The notes under the pieces: model-generated
Databases searched by the model: none
Seen by the model: the letters and a program-made list of their open reading frames with translations, nothing else
What the model was told of the DNA's origin: nothing
Shown: positions 29,315 through 38,721 of the stretch, in pieces
Numbering within the stretch: position 1 is the stretch's first letter
Layout: each line of letters starts with the position of its first letter
Assembly: GCA_963422735.1 (NCBI GenBank)
Contig: OY730476.1
Location: 1,056,001 to 1,120,000, forward strand
Source of the DNA: Candidatus Latescibacterota bacterium
Lineage (GTDB): Bacteria; Latescibacterota; UBA2968; UBA8231
DNA: 64,000 nt
Direction of reading: 5' to 3'
Translations under genes and position numbers: made by a program

Positions 29315-30706
29315 TCAATCGTAATCCGGCCCGCCGACCGGCCCTAGCAGCGCGCGATTTTCCTCGGGTGTCTCCACTTCGTCGAGAAAGTCCGCTAGGG
29401 CTTGCTGCATCCGCTGTACCACCTCCGGATGTTCGCCGATCACATTCTGCTGCTGTTGAGGGTCGGCCTGCAGGTCGTACAGCTCGGGGGCGCCGCCGTA
29501 CTCGCCATACGTCAAGTAGGTCCAGCGTTCGTCCGTCACCGTCGGCCCGCCATTGCGGATAAAGGTCGAGCTGAAGGCGTACTGCCGCAGCGCCGCGGCC
29601 GATCCGGTCAGCAGCGGCACGAGCGAATACCCGTGCATCCCCAGATCGCTTTTTTTTACATCAACTAAAGCCATCAGCGTCGGCAGCAAATCCACGGATT
29701 GCGTCAATGCGCTCACCCGCCGGCCACCCGCGACGTCGGGGGCGGCAATCATCAGCGGGATGTGGCTGATCTCTTCGTACAGGGGCCAGACCCGCTCGTC
29801 CTCGGGGTGGATGTTGGATTTGCCTGTGCGGTTGTGCTCGCCGATGAACATGCCGTGATCTGACGTGAAGATCACCACGCTGTTGTCGAATAGCCCGATT
29901 TCCTCGATTTTGTCCACTACGTAGCCGATCCACTTGTTGACCAAATAAATCTCGGCCGCGTAGTGCGCTTGGAGGTTGGCCAACTCCTCTTTGGTATAGG
30001 CGGTCGCCGGGCCGTAGTTCGGGTGAATCATCGGCGGGCCATCGTACCCCGATGAGTCGTAGCGACCCACGAGATGTTCCGGCGGGTCCCACGGCTCGTG
30101 CGCGTCAAAGAAATCCACCCACAGCAAGAACGGCTCGCAGCCTCGGTTTTCCTCCAGCCAGCGACTCGCCGTCTGCGCCGTGCGCACGCAGAAGCGGTCC
30201 TCCTCCCAAGCCCAGTCGCGGTTGGTCCACGCATGCAGGGTCGCCAAGTTGCCAAAACGCGTCTTCGCCAGATGCGGATCGACGCGCGTCTTCGCCCCAG
30301 CCACCTCCATGCGCGGCGGCAAATTGCCCTTCAACAGCGGCTTATCTCCTTCCTGCCCCCGGATCCAATACGCCCCGTCAAATCCCCGGTCGAAATGGTG
30401 GACGCCCTTCATCAGATGCGGCGTGTCGCAGATAAGCTGGCTCTGGTAGCCGGCCGCACCGAAAATCGTGCTCAGCACCGGGATACCTAGGTCGAGGGGT
30501 TTCCAACCGTGGAAGGGGAAGCTGTAGCGACCAGTAAAGAGGTCAGTGCGGTTGGGAATGGTGGGGAAGCTCGACAAATAGTGCCGATCGAAGCACACTG
30601 CCCGCTCGGCAAAGCGATCGAGCGCCGCCGTGCCGATCCACGCATTGCCGTTGCACCCCAGATAGTCGTAGCGAAAGGTGTCGCTGACCAAGACGATGAT
30701 GTTCAT
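29315..30706 (-). CDS. Sulfatase-like hydrolase with non-canonical TxPxR motif
   Basis: IVLVSDTFRYD, PTIPNRTDLFTGRY, HEPWDPP, FTSDHG, ELYDL.ADP. Confidence 0.88.
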   Translation of the reverse strand: MNIIVLVSDTFRYDYLGCNGNAWIGTAALDRFAERAVCFDRHYLSSFPTIPNRTDLFTGRYSFPFHGWKPLDLGIPVLSTIFGAAGYQSQLICDTPHLMKGVHHFDRGFDGAYWIRGQEGDKPLLKGNLPPRMEVAGAKTRVDPHLAKTRFGNLATLHAWTNRDWAWEEDRFCVRTAQTASRWLEENRGCEPFLLWVDFFDAHEPWDPPEHLVGRYDSSGYDGPPMIHPNYGPATAYTKEELANLQAHYAAEIYLVNKWIGYVVDKIEEIGLFDNSVVIFTSDHGMFIGEHNRTGKSNIHPEDERVWPLYEEISHIPLMIAAPDVAGGRRVSALTQSVDLLPTLMALVDVKKSDLGMHGYSLVPLLTGSAAALRQYAFSSTFIRNGGPTVTDERWTYLTYGEYGGAPELYDLQADPQQQQNVIGEHPEVVQRMQQALADFLDEVETPEENRALLGPVGGPDYD

Positions 30707-30748
30707 AGGAAATCTGCTCCTTGTATTTTTATAGTCCAACGACGCGCC

Positions 30749-31642
30749 TCACTGCGCCAGCACCCGCCGCAACGCCCCCTCCAATTCGGGGTACGCGAAC
30801 TCGAAACCAGCCTCCAACAGCCGCGTCGGCCGCACCCGCTGGCTGGCCAGCAACCCTTCCTCGGCCAACTCGCCCAAGAGCAGCTTGGCCGCAAACGCCG
30901 GCAGCGGCAACAGCGTCGGCCGCCGCAACACGCGCCCCAACGTCCGCGTCAACTCGGCGTTGGTCACCGACTGCGGCGCGGTCAGGTTCACCGGTCCGTG
31001 TAACGCGTCGTTTCCCACGGCATAGCAAAGCGCCGCCACCGCGTCCTCCAAGCTAATCCAGCTAACGTACTGCCGCCCGTCGCCGACCTTGCCACCCACC
31101 CCGAGGCGAAAGGGCAACAGCATCTTGGCCAGTGCTCCGCCCCGACGACTCAGGACGATACCCAAGCGGGCCTGCACCACGCGGATACCAGCCGCGGTAG
31201 CCGCGGCGCTCGCCCCCTCCCAAGCTCGGCCTAACTCAGCCAAAAATCCCGCGCCGAGGTCGCTTCCTTCGTCCAGTTCCTCGGCGCACCGATTACCGTA
31301 AATGCCGATGGCCGACGCGCAGACCAGCACCTGCGGCGGCGCGGCCAATCCCGCTAAACGCGCAGCGAGTAGATGCGTCGTCTGCACCCGGCTCTGACGC
31401 AATTGCTCCTTGACGGGGACCGTCCAGCGCCCAGCGGCGATGTTACGGCCCCCCAAATGCACCGCCGCCTCGATCCCCTCCAACGCATCTGGATCCAATG
31501 CGCCGGCCTCTGGATCCCAGCGCAACTCCCCTTCCGCCGGCTGCCGCCGCACCAAGCGCACCACCTCATGCCCTTCGCGCTCCAGCCGGCTACAGAGCGC
31601 CGTACCCAGCAAGCCGCTGCTGCCTGCTACCAATATCTTCAC
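30749..31642 (-). CDS. TIGR01777 family NAD-dependent epimerase (YfcH-like)
   Basis: GSSGLLG, SRVQTT, ASAIGIYG, GDGRQYVSWISLED, GPVNLTAP. Confidence 0.93.
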   Translation of the reverse strand: MKILVAGSSGLLGTALCSRLEREGHEVVRLVRRQPAEGELRWDPEAGALDPDALEGIEAAVHLGGRNIAAGRWTVPVKEQLRQSRVQTTHLLAARLAGLAAPPQVLVCASAIGIYGNRCAEELDEGSDLGAGFLAELGRAWEGASAAATAAGIRVVQARLGIVLSRRGGALAKMLLPFRLGVGGKVGDGRQYVSWISLEDAVAALCYAVGNDALHGPVNLTAPQSVTNAELTRTLGRVLRRPTLLPLPAFAAKLLLGELAEEGLLASQRVRPTRLLEAGFEFAYPELEGALRRVLAQ

Positions 31643-31950
31643 TCGCTACTCCTATTGAGAAAATCGAACAATTATTTGCTACTAAAACATCTCCCTGCGC
31701 TTGGCACAAGGCCGGCAGTCTGCGCCGGCCCTTTGGGGGCGGTATCGGCTCCACGCTCGTGCGCTTGACCCGGTCTTTTTCCCTTGTTTTTCTCTTATAA
31801 AAGCGAGTAGGCTATCCTGTCTGCCGGAATAGCATCGGATCCCATTACTCAGAAAATACGCATCAATCATGCCTGATGACTATGGGATCACCACTGCAAC
31901 TTGGGGCAACTCCAAGGGGCACGTTTTTACCCTATATGGTAAGCAAGCTA

Positions 31951-33408
31951 ATGACACAGCCTTTTGACGCAGCGAACTGGCTCGGCCGGCTAGCAGCAGC
32001 GCTTGAAGACGTTGCTGCGCAGGCGAGACCTTCTTTTCCCTTTGCACTAGAGACCCCATACTATGGCCCGCTAGACGAATACTGGTCGAGTATCCACCGG
32101 CAATACCGGGATCTCGCCGCTCGCGCAAAGCACGATCCCGCCGCCGCGAAGCTCTTCGCAGAATCCTACCTCTGGCTTAAGTCCGATCCTGCAGAAGCAA
32201 GAGCGATCCTGCGGGAGCATCCCTTGCTGCGACCGGGACTGATAGGTTCGGGGAAGCGCGAAGGGGTCGGCTTCATCCTGTCCACGCACGATTGGTTCCA
32301 CGTGGGACTAAAGTCCCTCGTATCCCACCTAGCCAAACGCGCTATGAAGGATAGCGGAGAGCAAGCAGCGAAACTGCTGCACCGCTACCTGACGGCCGGT
32401 GAGGATGCAAATCTCCCGGCATACGAGATCACGCTCTTGCACGGCTTGAAACTCAACAGGCGCTTCGATCTTGGCAGCGAAGCCTATCTGGCGCCCTACG
32501 AGGACGCCAAGGCGACGTACGGCCTGCCCGACGAACCCGAGAAATGGCTTAACGACGCTGACCGTAATCCGAGTCGGTCGAACCGTCCCGTGAGCCCGAC
32601 CGCGCTCGTGCGTGGTCTAAGGTGGGGGCCAGGCATCGCACCCCGGCCGGACGATGACGGTTTTTCCAATAAGCCCCGCCGATCTTTCGCCCCGAAAGTC
32701 AAGTACCGCTTCCCCGATGACTACCAGATCGACCTTGCGAACCGATTTGCAGACGACAACAAAGTCCTAGTTGATTTGCTGTCGATTGCAACGAGGAGTC
32801 CGCTGATCTCCCACACGAGCTTTGTCCGCGTCGCCAAGTGGGTAGAGGAGCTTGATCCCAACTTCGCTTTCGGTTCTCGAAGCACCCCTGCCTACTTGTC
32901 CGACGTATCGCCCAAGGAACATCAACTCTGCCAGTACGACGTGGCTGCTTTCGCTGCATTGGCGAGCCGCTGGTGTACCTATCGAGGCAGGCGCGATGTT
33001 ATCGACCTTGCGATCCGGCGACTCGCCGCCTCTTTCGCCCGGATCAGCGGCCCATTTAGTACGGAGGACCGAATCCTCGATGTCTCCATCGCCTTGGAGA
33101 TCATGTACGGTCCAATCAAACAGAAACTGGCCCAGCAACTGTCGGTCCGAGCAGAACGCCTGCTTGGCCAAGACTCCGGCAAACGCGGCTGGATATCCGA
33201 CAGAGTAAAATCCTTCTATGGAGTCCGTTCGGCCATCGTGCATGGGCAAAAAAAGATCAAAGGCGGCCAACGTGCTATCGACAAGACGCTGGAGGACGGA
33301 CGCGAGCTAGCCTGCCTCACGCTCGCGGAATTGCTGTCGCGAGGGCCGGTACGGGATTGGGACAAGCTCGCGGGCGAGAGAGAGGTATCTACAGAAGGCC
33401 AGAAGTGA
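31951..33408 (+). CDS. ApeA-like HEPN-domain protein
   Basis: C-terminal DRILDVSIALE...YGVRSAIVHG (RxxxxH); start uncertain (31876-31951). Confidence 0.75.
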   Translation: MTQPFDAANWLGRLAAALEDVAAQARPSFPFALETPYYGPLDEYWSSIHRQYRDLAARAKHDPAAAKLFAESYLWLKSDPAEARAILREHPLLRPGLIGSGKREGVGFILSTHDWFHVGLKSLVSHLAKRAMKDSGEQAAKLLHRYLTAGEDANLPAYEITLLHGLKLNRRFDLGSEAYLAPYEDAKATYGLPDEPEKWLNDADRNPSRSNRPVSPTALVRGLRWGPGIAPRPDDDGFSNKPRRSFAPKVKYRFPDDYQIDLANRFADDNKVLVDLLSIATRSPLISHTSFVRVAKWVEELDPNFAFGSRSTPAYLSDVSPKEHQLCQYDVAAFAALASRWCTYRGRRDVIDLAIRRLAASFARISGPFSTEDRILDVSIALEIMYGPIKQKLAQQLSVRAERLLGQDSGKRGWISDRVKSFYGVRSAIVHGQKKIKGGQRAIDKTLEDGRELACLTLAELLSRGPVRDWDKLAGEREVSTEGQK

Positions 33409-33532
33409 TCCCTCCAATCTCGGTGGCCGGCCCGAGAAGACCATCGATGCCGGATCGCAACCAAGGGCGACCAGCATCCCTATGTTCACCACCGCACCCG
33501 TCACTCCAGTGTCGAGTGCTAAGCGGAGGCCC

Positions 33533-33552
33533 GCCTAAAGGCGCGGTGAAGC
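33533..33552. repeat. REP-like palindromic motif shared with 53842-53861
   Basis: gcctaaaggc-NN-ggtgaagc (18/20 identical); both copies have an upstream ttcacc that could pair with ggtgaa. Confidence 0.45.
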
Positions 33553-33627
33553 AGACAGCTTCTAAGGTACTAGGTTTACTTACTTGACACTATGGTTTCG
33601 CTCGATCCATGCGTGGTCAATTGTGCT

Positions 33628-34989
33628 CTACTGGCCCGGCACCCAGCCCTTTTGCCGCAGTTTATCTCCCAGCAATCCCAAACACTCGTCGATGATGGCC
33701 AAGGACTCGTCGAGCTGTTCTTGCGTAATGATAAGCGGTGGGTAAAAGCGCAAATCGTCTCCTTCGACCCAGTCGGCTCCCCCGCTAGTGCCCGAAATAG
33801 CCAGTCCCCGTTCCAAGGTGAGCTGAAGTACGCGCCGCGACGCTCCCCACTCGGGGGGAAATGGCTTGCGACTACAGCGATCCTGGACCAGTTCAATGCC
33901 CAGCATTAAGCCCTTGCCGCGCACTTGGCCGACGCAAGGATGGCGCGTCAAGCCCCGGGCTTTTTCCTGCAAATAGGCCCCGACTTGGGCGGCGTGTTCT
34001 ACTATACCTTCTTCTTCCAACAACTCCAGCACGGCCAAGCCAGCGCACATGGCCACTGGGTTGTTGACATAGGTAAAAACGTGCGGCAGGGCTTGGCCGC
34101 TGCGAGTGAGGCCCCGCTGCATCTGTTCGCTCAGCAATACCCCTCCCAAGGGCGCGTACCCACTGCTGGCCCCTTTGCCGAAAACAACCATATCGGGCAC
34201 CACATCCCAGTGCTCCATAGAAAAGAGTTTGCCGGTGCGGCCAAAGCCGGTGATGGTTTCGTCGGCGATAAAGAGGACATTGTGCTCGTCGCAGATTTGG
34301 CGGATGAGGGGGTAGTAATCGGGCGGCGGAACCCCGGCGGCGACCCCGGCCATGACCACCGGCTCGGCGATAAAGGCGGCGATATTGCCGGCCCCTACCT
34401 CGCGGATAGTCTCTTCTAACTGATAGGCGCAGGTCAAATTGCAGCGATCTTCGCAACCGGCAAAAGCGCAACGGTAGGGATAGCACGAAGCAATGTGCGG
34501 AAAAGCCGGTAAGTACGGTTCAAAGGGTGCTCGCAGCCCCGGCATTCCGGTAGCAGCCAAGGCACCCAAGGTAGCGCCGTGATAGCCGCGCCAGCGGCCA
34601 ATGATCTGGTGTTTTTGCGCCTGATCCCGCTGCAAATGGTACAAGCGGGCCAGTTTAATGGCTGTCTCCACGCCTTCGGATCCGCCCGAGACAAAGTACG
34701 CGTAGTTCAAATCTCCGGGGGCCAGTTCGGCCAAGCGGCGGGCGTAATCAAGGGCCGGCTGGTTGGTAAAGAACGTCGAAAAGCAATAGGCTAACTCCCG
34801 TCCCTGGGCGGCCATGGCCTCGACGACTGCATGACGGCCGTGGCCCAAGGTGACGTTGCCGGCCCCGGCCGTGCCGTCGATATAGCACCTGCCGGTTTCG
34901 TCGTACAAGTAAATCCCCTCGCCCTTGACGAGGACCGGGTACGTGTATTGCGGGTCGCGGTGGAGGAGTGCTGGGTTGGTGGCGGTCAT
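33628..34989 (-). CDS. Class III PLP aminotransferase
   Basis: SGGSEGVETAIKLA, YHGAT, FIAEPV, ADETITGFGRTG, FGKGASSGY. Confidence 0.95.
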   Translation of the reverse strand: MTATNPALLHRDPQYTYPVLVKGEGIYLYDETGRCYIDGTAGAGNVTLGHGRHAVVEAMAAQGRELAYCFSTFFTNQPALDYARRLAELAPGDLNYAYFVSGGSEGVETAIKLARLYHLQRDQAQKHQIIGRWRGYHGATLGALAATGMPGLRAPFEPYLPAFPHIASCYPYRCAFAGCEDRCNLTCAYQLEETIREVGAGNIAAFIAEPVVMAGVAAGVPPPDYYPLIRQICDEHNVLFIADETITGFGRTGKLFSMEHWDVVPDMVVFGKGASSGYAPLGGVLLSEQMQRGLTRSGQALPHVFTYVNNPVAMCAGLAVLELLEEEGIVEHAAQVGAYLQEKARGLTRHPCVGQVRGKGLMLGIELVQDRCSRKPFPPEWGASRRVLQLTLERGLAISGTSGGADWVEGDDLRFYPPLIITQEQLDESLAIIDECLGLLGDKLRQKGWVPGQ

Positions 34990-34991
34990 CT

Positions 34992-36095
34992 TTATCTATC
35001 CTTATTTAATTGCAACAACGCCTCGCGCAGCACCTTCGCAAGGGCTTGCCGCTCGGCTGCGGGTCCCACAGTCAGGCGAATGCAGCGGTCAAGGGGAGCC
35101 ACGCCCGGCATCCGCACAAAGACCCCGTGCTGCAAGAGCACCTGCATCAGGCACCGCGCACGCTCGCCACGGCCCACGTCGAGCGCCACGAAATTGGTCG
35201 CCGAGGGTACTGTTTTCAGTCCTAATTCCGCCGCCAACGCCGCGTACTCCCGCCGGCCTTCCTCTACTTGCTGCACCACCGAATGCACAAACTCGTCGTC
35301 GGCCAGCGAAGCGAGCGCTCCAGCTTGGGCGATGCGGTTGACGCCGAAGTGATTGCGGACCTTGGAGAGCGCGGCCGCCAAGTCGCGGTGCGTCAGCGCA
35401 TAGCCGACCCTAGCCCCGGCCATGCCGTGCGCCTTGGAAAATGTCCGCAACCGCACCACCTGTGCTCGCTCCGCGTCCAGCGGTAGGTACGCCTCTGCGG
35501 GCGCGAAGTCGATATAGGCCTCGTCGAGCAGGAACACACAGTCAGGCGGCAACTGCGCGATAAAATCCCGCAATTCATCGGCCCGCTGATAGGTGCCCAT
35601 GGGATTGTCCGGGTTGGCCACGTAGATCAGCTTGGGGCGCACTTGCCGCGCCTTGGCCAGCAAGGCCGGCAAATCCTCCCGATCCGCTCGATATGGCACC
35701 TTGTGCAATATCGCCCCGTGCCCCTCGACATGGTAATTGAACGTGGGATAAGCCCCCAGCGACGTCACCACCGCGTCGCCCGGCTCGGCAAAGAGGCGCA
35801 CCAAAAGCCCTAGCAATTCATCAATGCCCGCGCCCAAGGCGACCTCTTCACGCGCCACCCCGTGCCGCACCGCCAGCGCCGAGCGCAGCTCGTACCCCTC
35901 CGGGTCGTTGTACCAATGCACTTGATCCACCGCCTCCACCATGGCCTGCCGCGCCCGCGGCGAGATCCCGAAATTGCTCTCGTTGGCCCCAACCCGCAGG
36001 GCAAGCGGCTGCCCCTGTTGCCTTTCCAACGCCTCGGGCGGCACAAAGGGAATGGTCGGCGGCAGAGCGCGGACGATGTGCGTGAACGGTAGCAT
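34992..36095 (-). CDS. Class I/II PLP aminotransferase (HisC-like)
   Basis: GANES, NPDNPMG, LDEAY, LRTFSKAHGMAGARVGY. Confidence 0.92.
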   Translation of the reverse strand: MLPFTHIVRALPPTIPFVPPEALERQQGQPLALRVGANESNFGISPRARQAMVEAVDQVHWYNDPEGYELRSALAVRHGVAREEVALGAGIDELLGLLVRLFAEPGDAVVTSLGAYPTFNYHVEGHGAILHKVPYRADREDLPALLAKARQVRPKLIYVANPDNPMGTYQRADELRDFIAQLPPDCVFLLDEAYIDFAPAEAYLPLDAERAQVVRLRTFSKAHGMAGARVGYALTHRDLAAALSKVRNHFGVNRIAQAGALASLADDEFVHSVVQQVEEGRREYAALAAELGLKTVPSATNFVALDVGRGERARCLMQVLLQHGVFVRMPGVAPLDRCIRLTVGPAAERQALAKVLREALLQLNKDR

Positions 36096-36098
36096 AGG

Positions 36099-36935
36099 TC
36101 AAGACCACACGTAGATTTCGTCGTCGTCTTCGGCATAGCCAATGAAGACGGCGAGCACCACTCGCGGATCGTCCCCCTGCACCGCTGGGACCTCGTGGAT
36201 GCAGCGCGTATTGAAGAAATACAGATCGCCCGGCTCGAGCGCGACCTCGCAGTGCTCCACGCCGTGTGCGGCCGCATACTCGTGGAAACGGCCCTCGGCG
36301 ATATGCGGCTGTATCTCCTCAGTCCACAGGCAACGGTGCAACACGGCTTGCACCCCGGGACCCGCAGAATCTGCGTTCTGAACGCAGAGCACGCCGGCAA
36401 ATTGGTGGGTAAAACGCACCACCTCATAGTTGAAGCGCTTTTCGCGCAGGACCACGTGGTCGATGTGCGGCTGATAGGCGTGAGTCTCGTAGTGGATGCG
36501 GAAGATGGCTGGGCCGTACAAGCGCCCGTCGTGCTCGCGCGCCGTCTTAACCGCTTTGTTGGGTGCCAACGCCTGCAAGTGGCGGTAGAGGAACTGTACC
36601 GGGTCGAGCAAACCCGCGAAGAGGGTGGCAAAAAGTTCGCGAGTCCCCTCTGCATGAGCGAGGAATGCCTCTTGGTCGCCGCCCATCTGGCCGAGGCTGG
36701 TACCAATGTCGATGCGCGTGCGCTCGTCGCCTAGGGTGCGCAGCAACCCGCGCTCGCCAAAGCGCTTCATCAGCCGCTGACAATCGACCGGCGTACAGAC
36801 CTCGGGCAGCAGGATTGCCGGTATATCTGCCCGGGCCAAGGCGCGGAGCGGGTCGCGGTGCGCGGCAAAAACCGCGGCGAGATCCGGGCCGCTGGGCTGC
36901 CAAGCGGCCCCGGTATGTACCTCTGGATATTTCAA
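36099..36935 (-). CDS. 2OG-Fe(II) oxygenase family protein
   Basis: PHIDH and GDLYFFNTRCIHEV...R motifs; TTG start at 36935 after GGAGGG. Confidence 0.75.
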   Translation of the reverse strand: MKYPEVHTGAAWQPSGPDLAAVFAAHRDPLRALARADIPAILLPEVCTPVDCQRLMKRFGERGLLRTLGDERTRIDIGTSLGQMGGDQEAFLAHAEGTRELFATLFAGLLDPVQFLYRHLQALAPNKAVKTAREHDGRLYGPAIFRIHYETHAYQPHIDHVVLREKRFNYEVVRFTHQFAGVLCVQNADSAGPGVQAVLHRCLWTEEIQPHIAEGRFHEYAAAHGVEHCEVALEPGDLYFFNTRCIHEVPAVQGDDPRVVLAVFIGYAEDDDEIYVWS

Positions 36936-36965
36936 TGAGTCCCTCCTTTGGCATGTTGACAAGAA

Positions 36966-37620
36966 TCACATCCCCCACACCGCTATCGGCACCCCCCCTT
37001 CGGCTTCCTCGCGGCGATACACCTTGTCGTCCCACGATGTGTCCTCGCGGCGGTCGAAGAGCACCAAGTGCCCCTTCCACCGCCGCGCAGCGGTCCATGT
37101 AGGCGCGCGTCTGCGTCAGTCCTTCGCGCAGCGTCCGCTCGAAGCCCCCGTGCAGCACCTTGCACTCGATGACCACCTTCTTGCACCCTGCTGCCCACCG
37201 GCCACACCAGCAGCAAATCCGTCCGCATCCGACCGCGCTCAATGCGCCCGCCGCTGTTGACGACGCGCTGCAAAAACGCCTGTAGCAGCAACTGCGGACC
37301 GGCCTCTTTGTACTGGAATCGCTCCACCCAGTGCTCGGAGTGCTCGCGAAAAAATTCTTGGAACGCCGCCAGCAGCTTGTCCACCTCCAGCACCCAGTCG
37401 TCCGCGATATACCAAGCCGGATCGTCGTGAATCCCCATCTCCTGAGTGGTCCAGGTCAGGGCGCGCGGGATCACCTCCCGGTAGATCGGGTTGGCGATGG
37501 CCACCGGCTTGCCAAGGCCGACCAGACCGAGGTCGCGCACGTACGGCAGATCGTCGGTGGCAATCGCATCAGTATCGGCGGCACCGCTCAGCAGTGGCTC
37601 AGATACACCTTCTCGTCCTC
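36966..37620 (-). pseudogene. C-terminal remnant of an AAA-ATPase/PD-(D/E)XK-type protein
   Basis: YVRDLGLV, IANPIYREVIPR, QLLLQAFLQRVVNSGGRIER, RTDLL, VIECK, ending VWGM*, spread over several frames. Confidence 0.75.
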
Positions 37621-37701
37621 GCAATGGCCGAGGAGTCCCACGGGCCGCCACCATGCACTCGCGGCGTTTTCTTCGTACGTTATTTTTTGCAAAAGGCTCC
37701 T

Positions 37702-38721
37702 ATGGATAGCGTTACGCAAATCGCGCTCGGCGCGGCCGTCGGCGAAAAGGTTTTAGGCAAAAAAGTTGGCAACAAGGCCCCCCTGTGGGGCGCGGCCGTC
37801 GGCATCCTCCCAGACCTCGACGTGTTGGGCGCGGCCTTTCTGTCGGGGACCGACCAGTTGGGCTTGCACCGCTGGGTGTCGCACTCCTTGCTCTTTGCGG
37901 TGGTCGGCGGCCTCGGAGTGGGGTGGGCGCTGTCCAAGCTACACCGCGCCGCGAGTGGGCGCGAGTGGGCCGCGCTGGCGTTCTGGGCGATTCTCACGCA
38001 CGCCCTCCTCGACTGCTTCACTGGGTATGGCACCCAATTGTTCAGTCCGTTCAGCAATTATCCGGTCGCTCTCAGTACCATCTTCGTTATAGACCCGCTC
38101 TATACCCTGCCCTTAGCCATTGGCCTCATCGCCGCCCTGTGTCAGCGGCGACGGCACTGGCGGCGGCGGCTCAACGCGCTGGGCCTCGGCTTGAGCACGG
38201 CGTACCTGCTTACTGCCGCCGCGATTTGCCTGCACGTGCGCAGCACCTTTGCTCACGCCCTCGCCGACCAAGGCATCGCCTACGAGCGCCTGTACGTCGC
38301 ACCGACCCCGTTCAACGCCGTGCTGTGGTCGGGCTTGGCCGGCGCGGACGACCACCTGTGGGCCGGGCTATACTCCCTGCTCGACGACGACTCGGCGATC
38401 CGCTTCCGCCGCATCGAGCGCAACACCCACCTCATCGCCCCCCGGCGCACCGACCCGCCCGTCCAGCGCCTGTTCTGGTTTTCTCGCGGGTACTATCGGG
38501 TGGAGCGCCGCGACGACGCACTTTACTTCCACGACCTGCGCTTTGGCCGCTCCGATTTCTACCTCGACTCCACTGGAGCATACCTCTTTTCGTTCTACCT
38601 GTTGCCGGACCCATCCCATCCCGAGCGCATCGCCGACATCCAGCGCACCAACAACCCGCTCAATGCCCAGCGCATGGACCAAGCCCTAAAGCGGCTCTGG
38701 CACCGCCTAACCGGCGACTAA
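37702..38721 (+). CDS. Membrane-bound metal-dependent hydrolase (YdjM family)
   Basis: MDSVTQ, LPDLD, HRWVSHSL, THALLDCFTGYGTQL, DLRFG. Confidence 0.9.
   Translation: MDSVTQIALGAAVGEKVLGKKVGNKAPLWGAAVGILPDLDVLGAAFLSGTDQLGLHRWVSHSLLFAVVGGLGVGWALSKLHRAASGREWAALAFWAILTHALLDCFTGYGTQLFSPFSNYPVALSTIFVIDPLYTLPLAIGLIAALCQRRRHWRRRLNALGLGLSTAYLLTAAAICLHVRSTFAHALADQGIAYERLYVAPTPFNAVLWSGLAGADDHLWAGLYSLLDDDSAIRFRRIERNTHLIAPRRTDPPVQRLFWFSRGYYRVERRDDALYFHDLRFGRSDFYLDSTGAYLFSFYLLPDPSHPERIADIQRTNNPLNAQRMDQALKRLWHRLTGD

Noticed and set aside
33496-33522. Possible CIRCE element
   Set aside because: The right arm GAGTGCTAA is perfect, but CACTC lies 7 bp away instead of 9, the left arm lacks TTAG, and no chaperone gene is adjacent.
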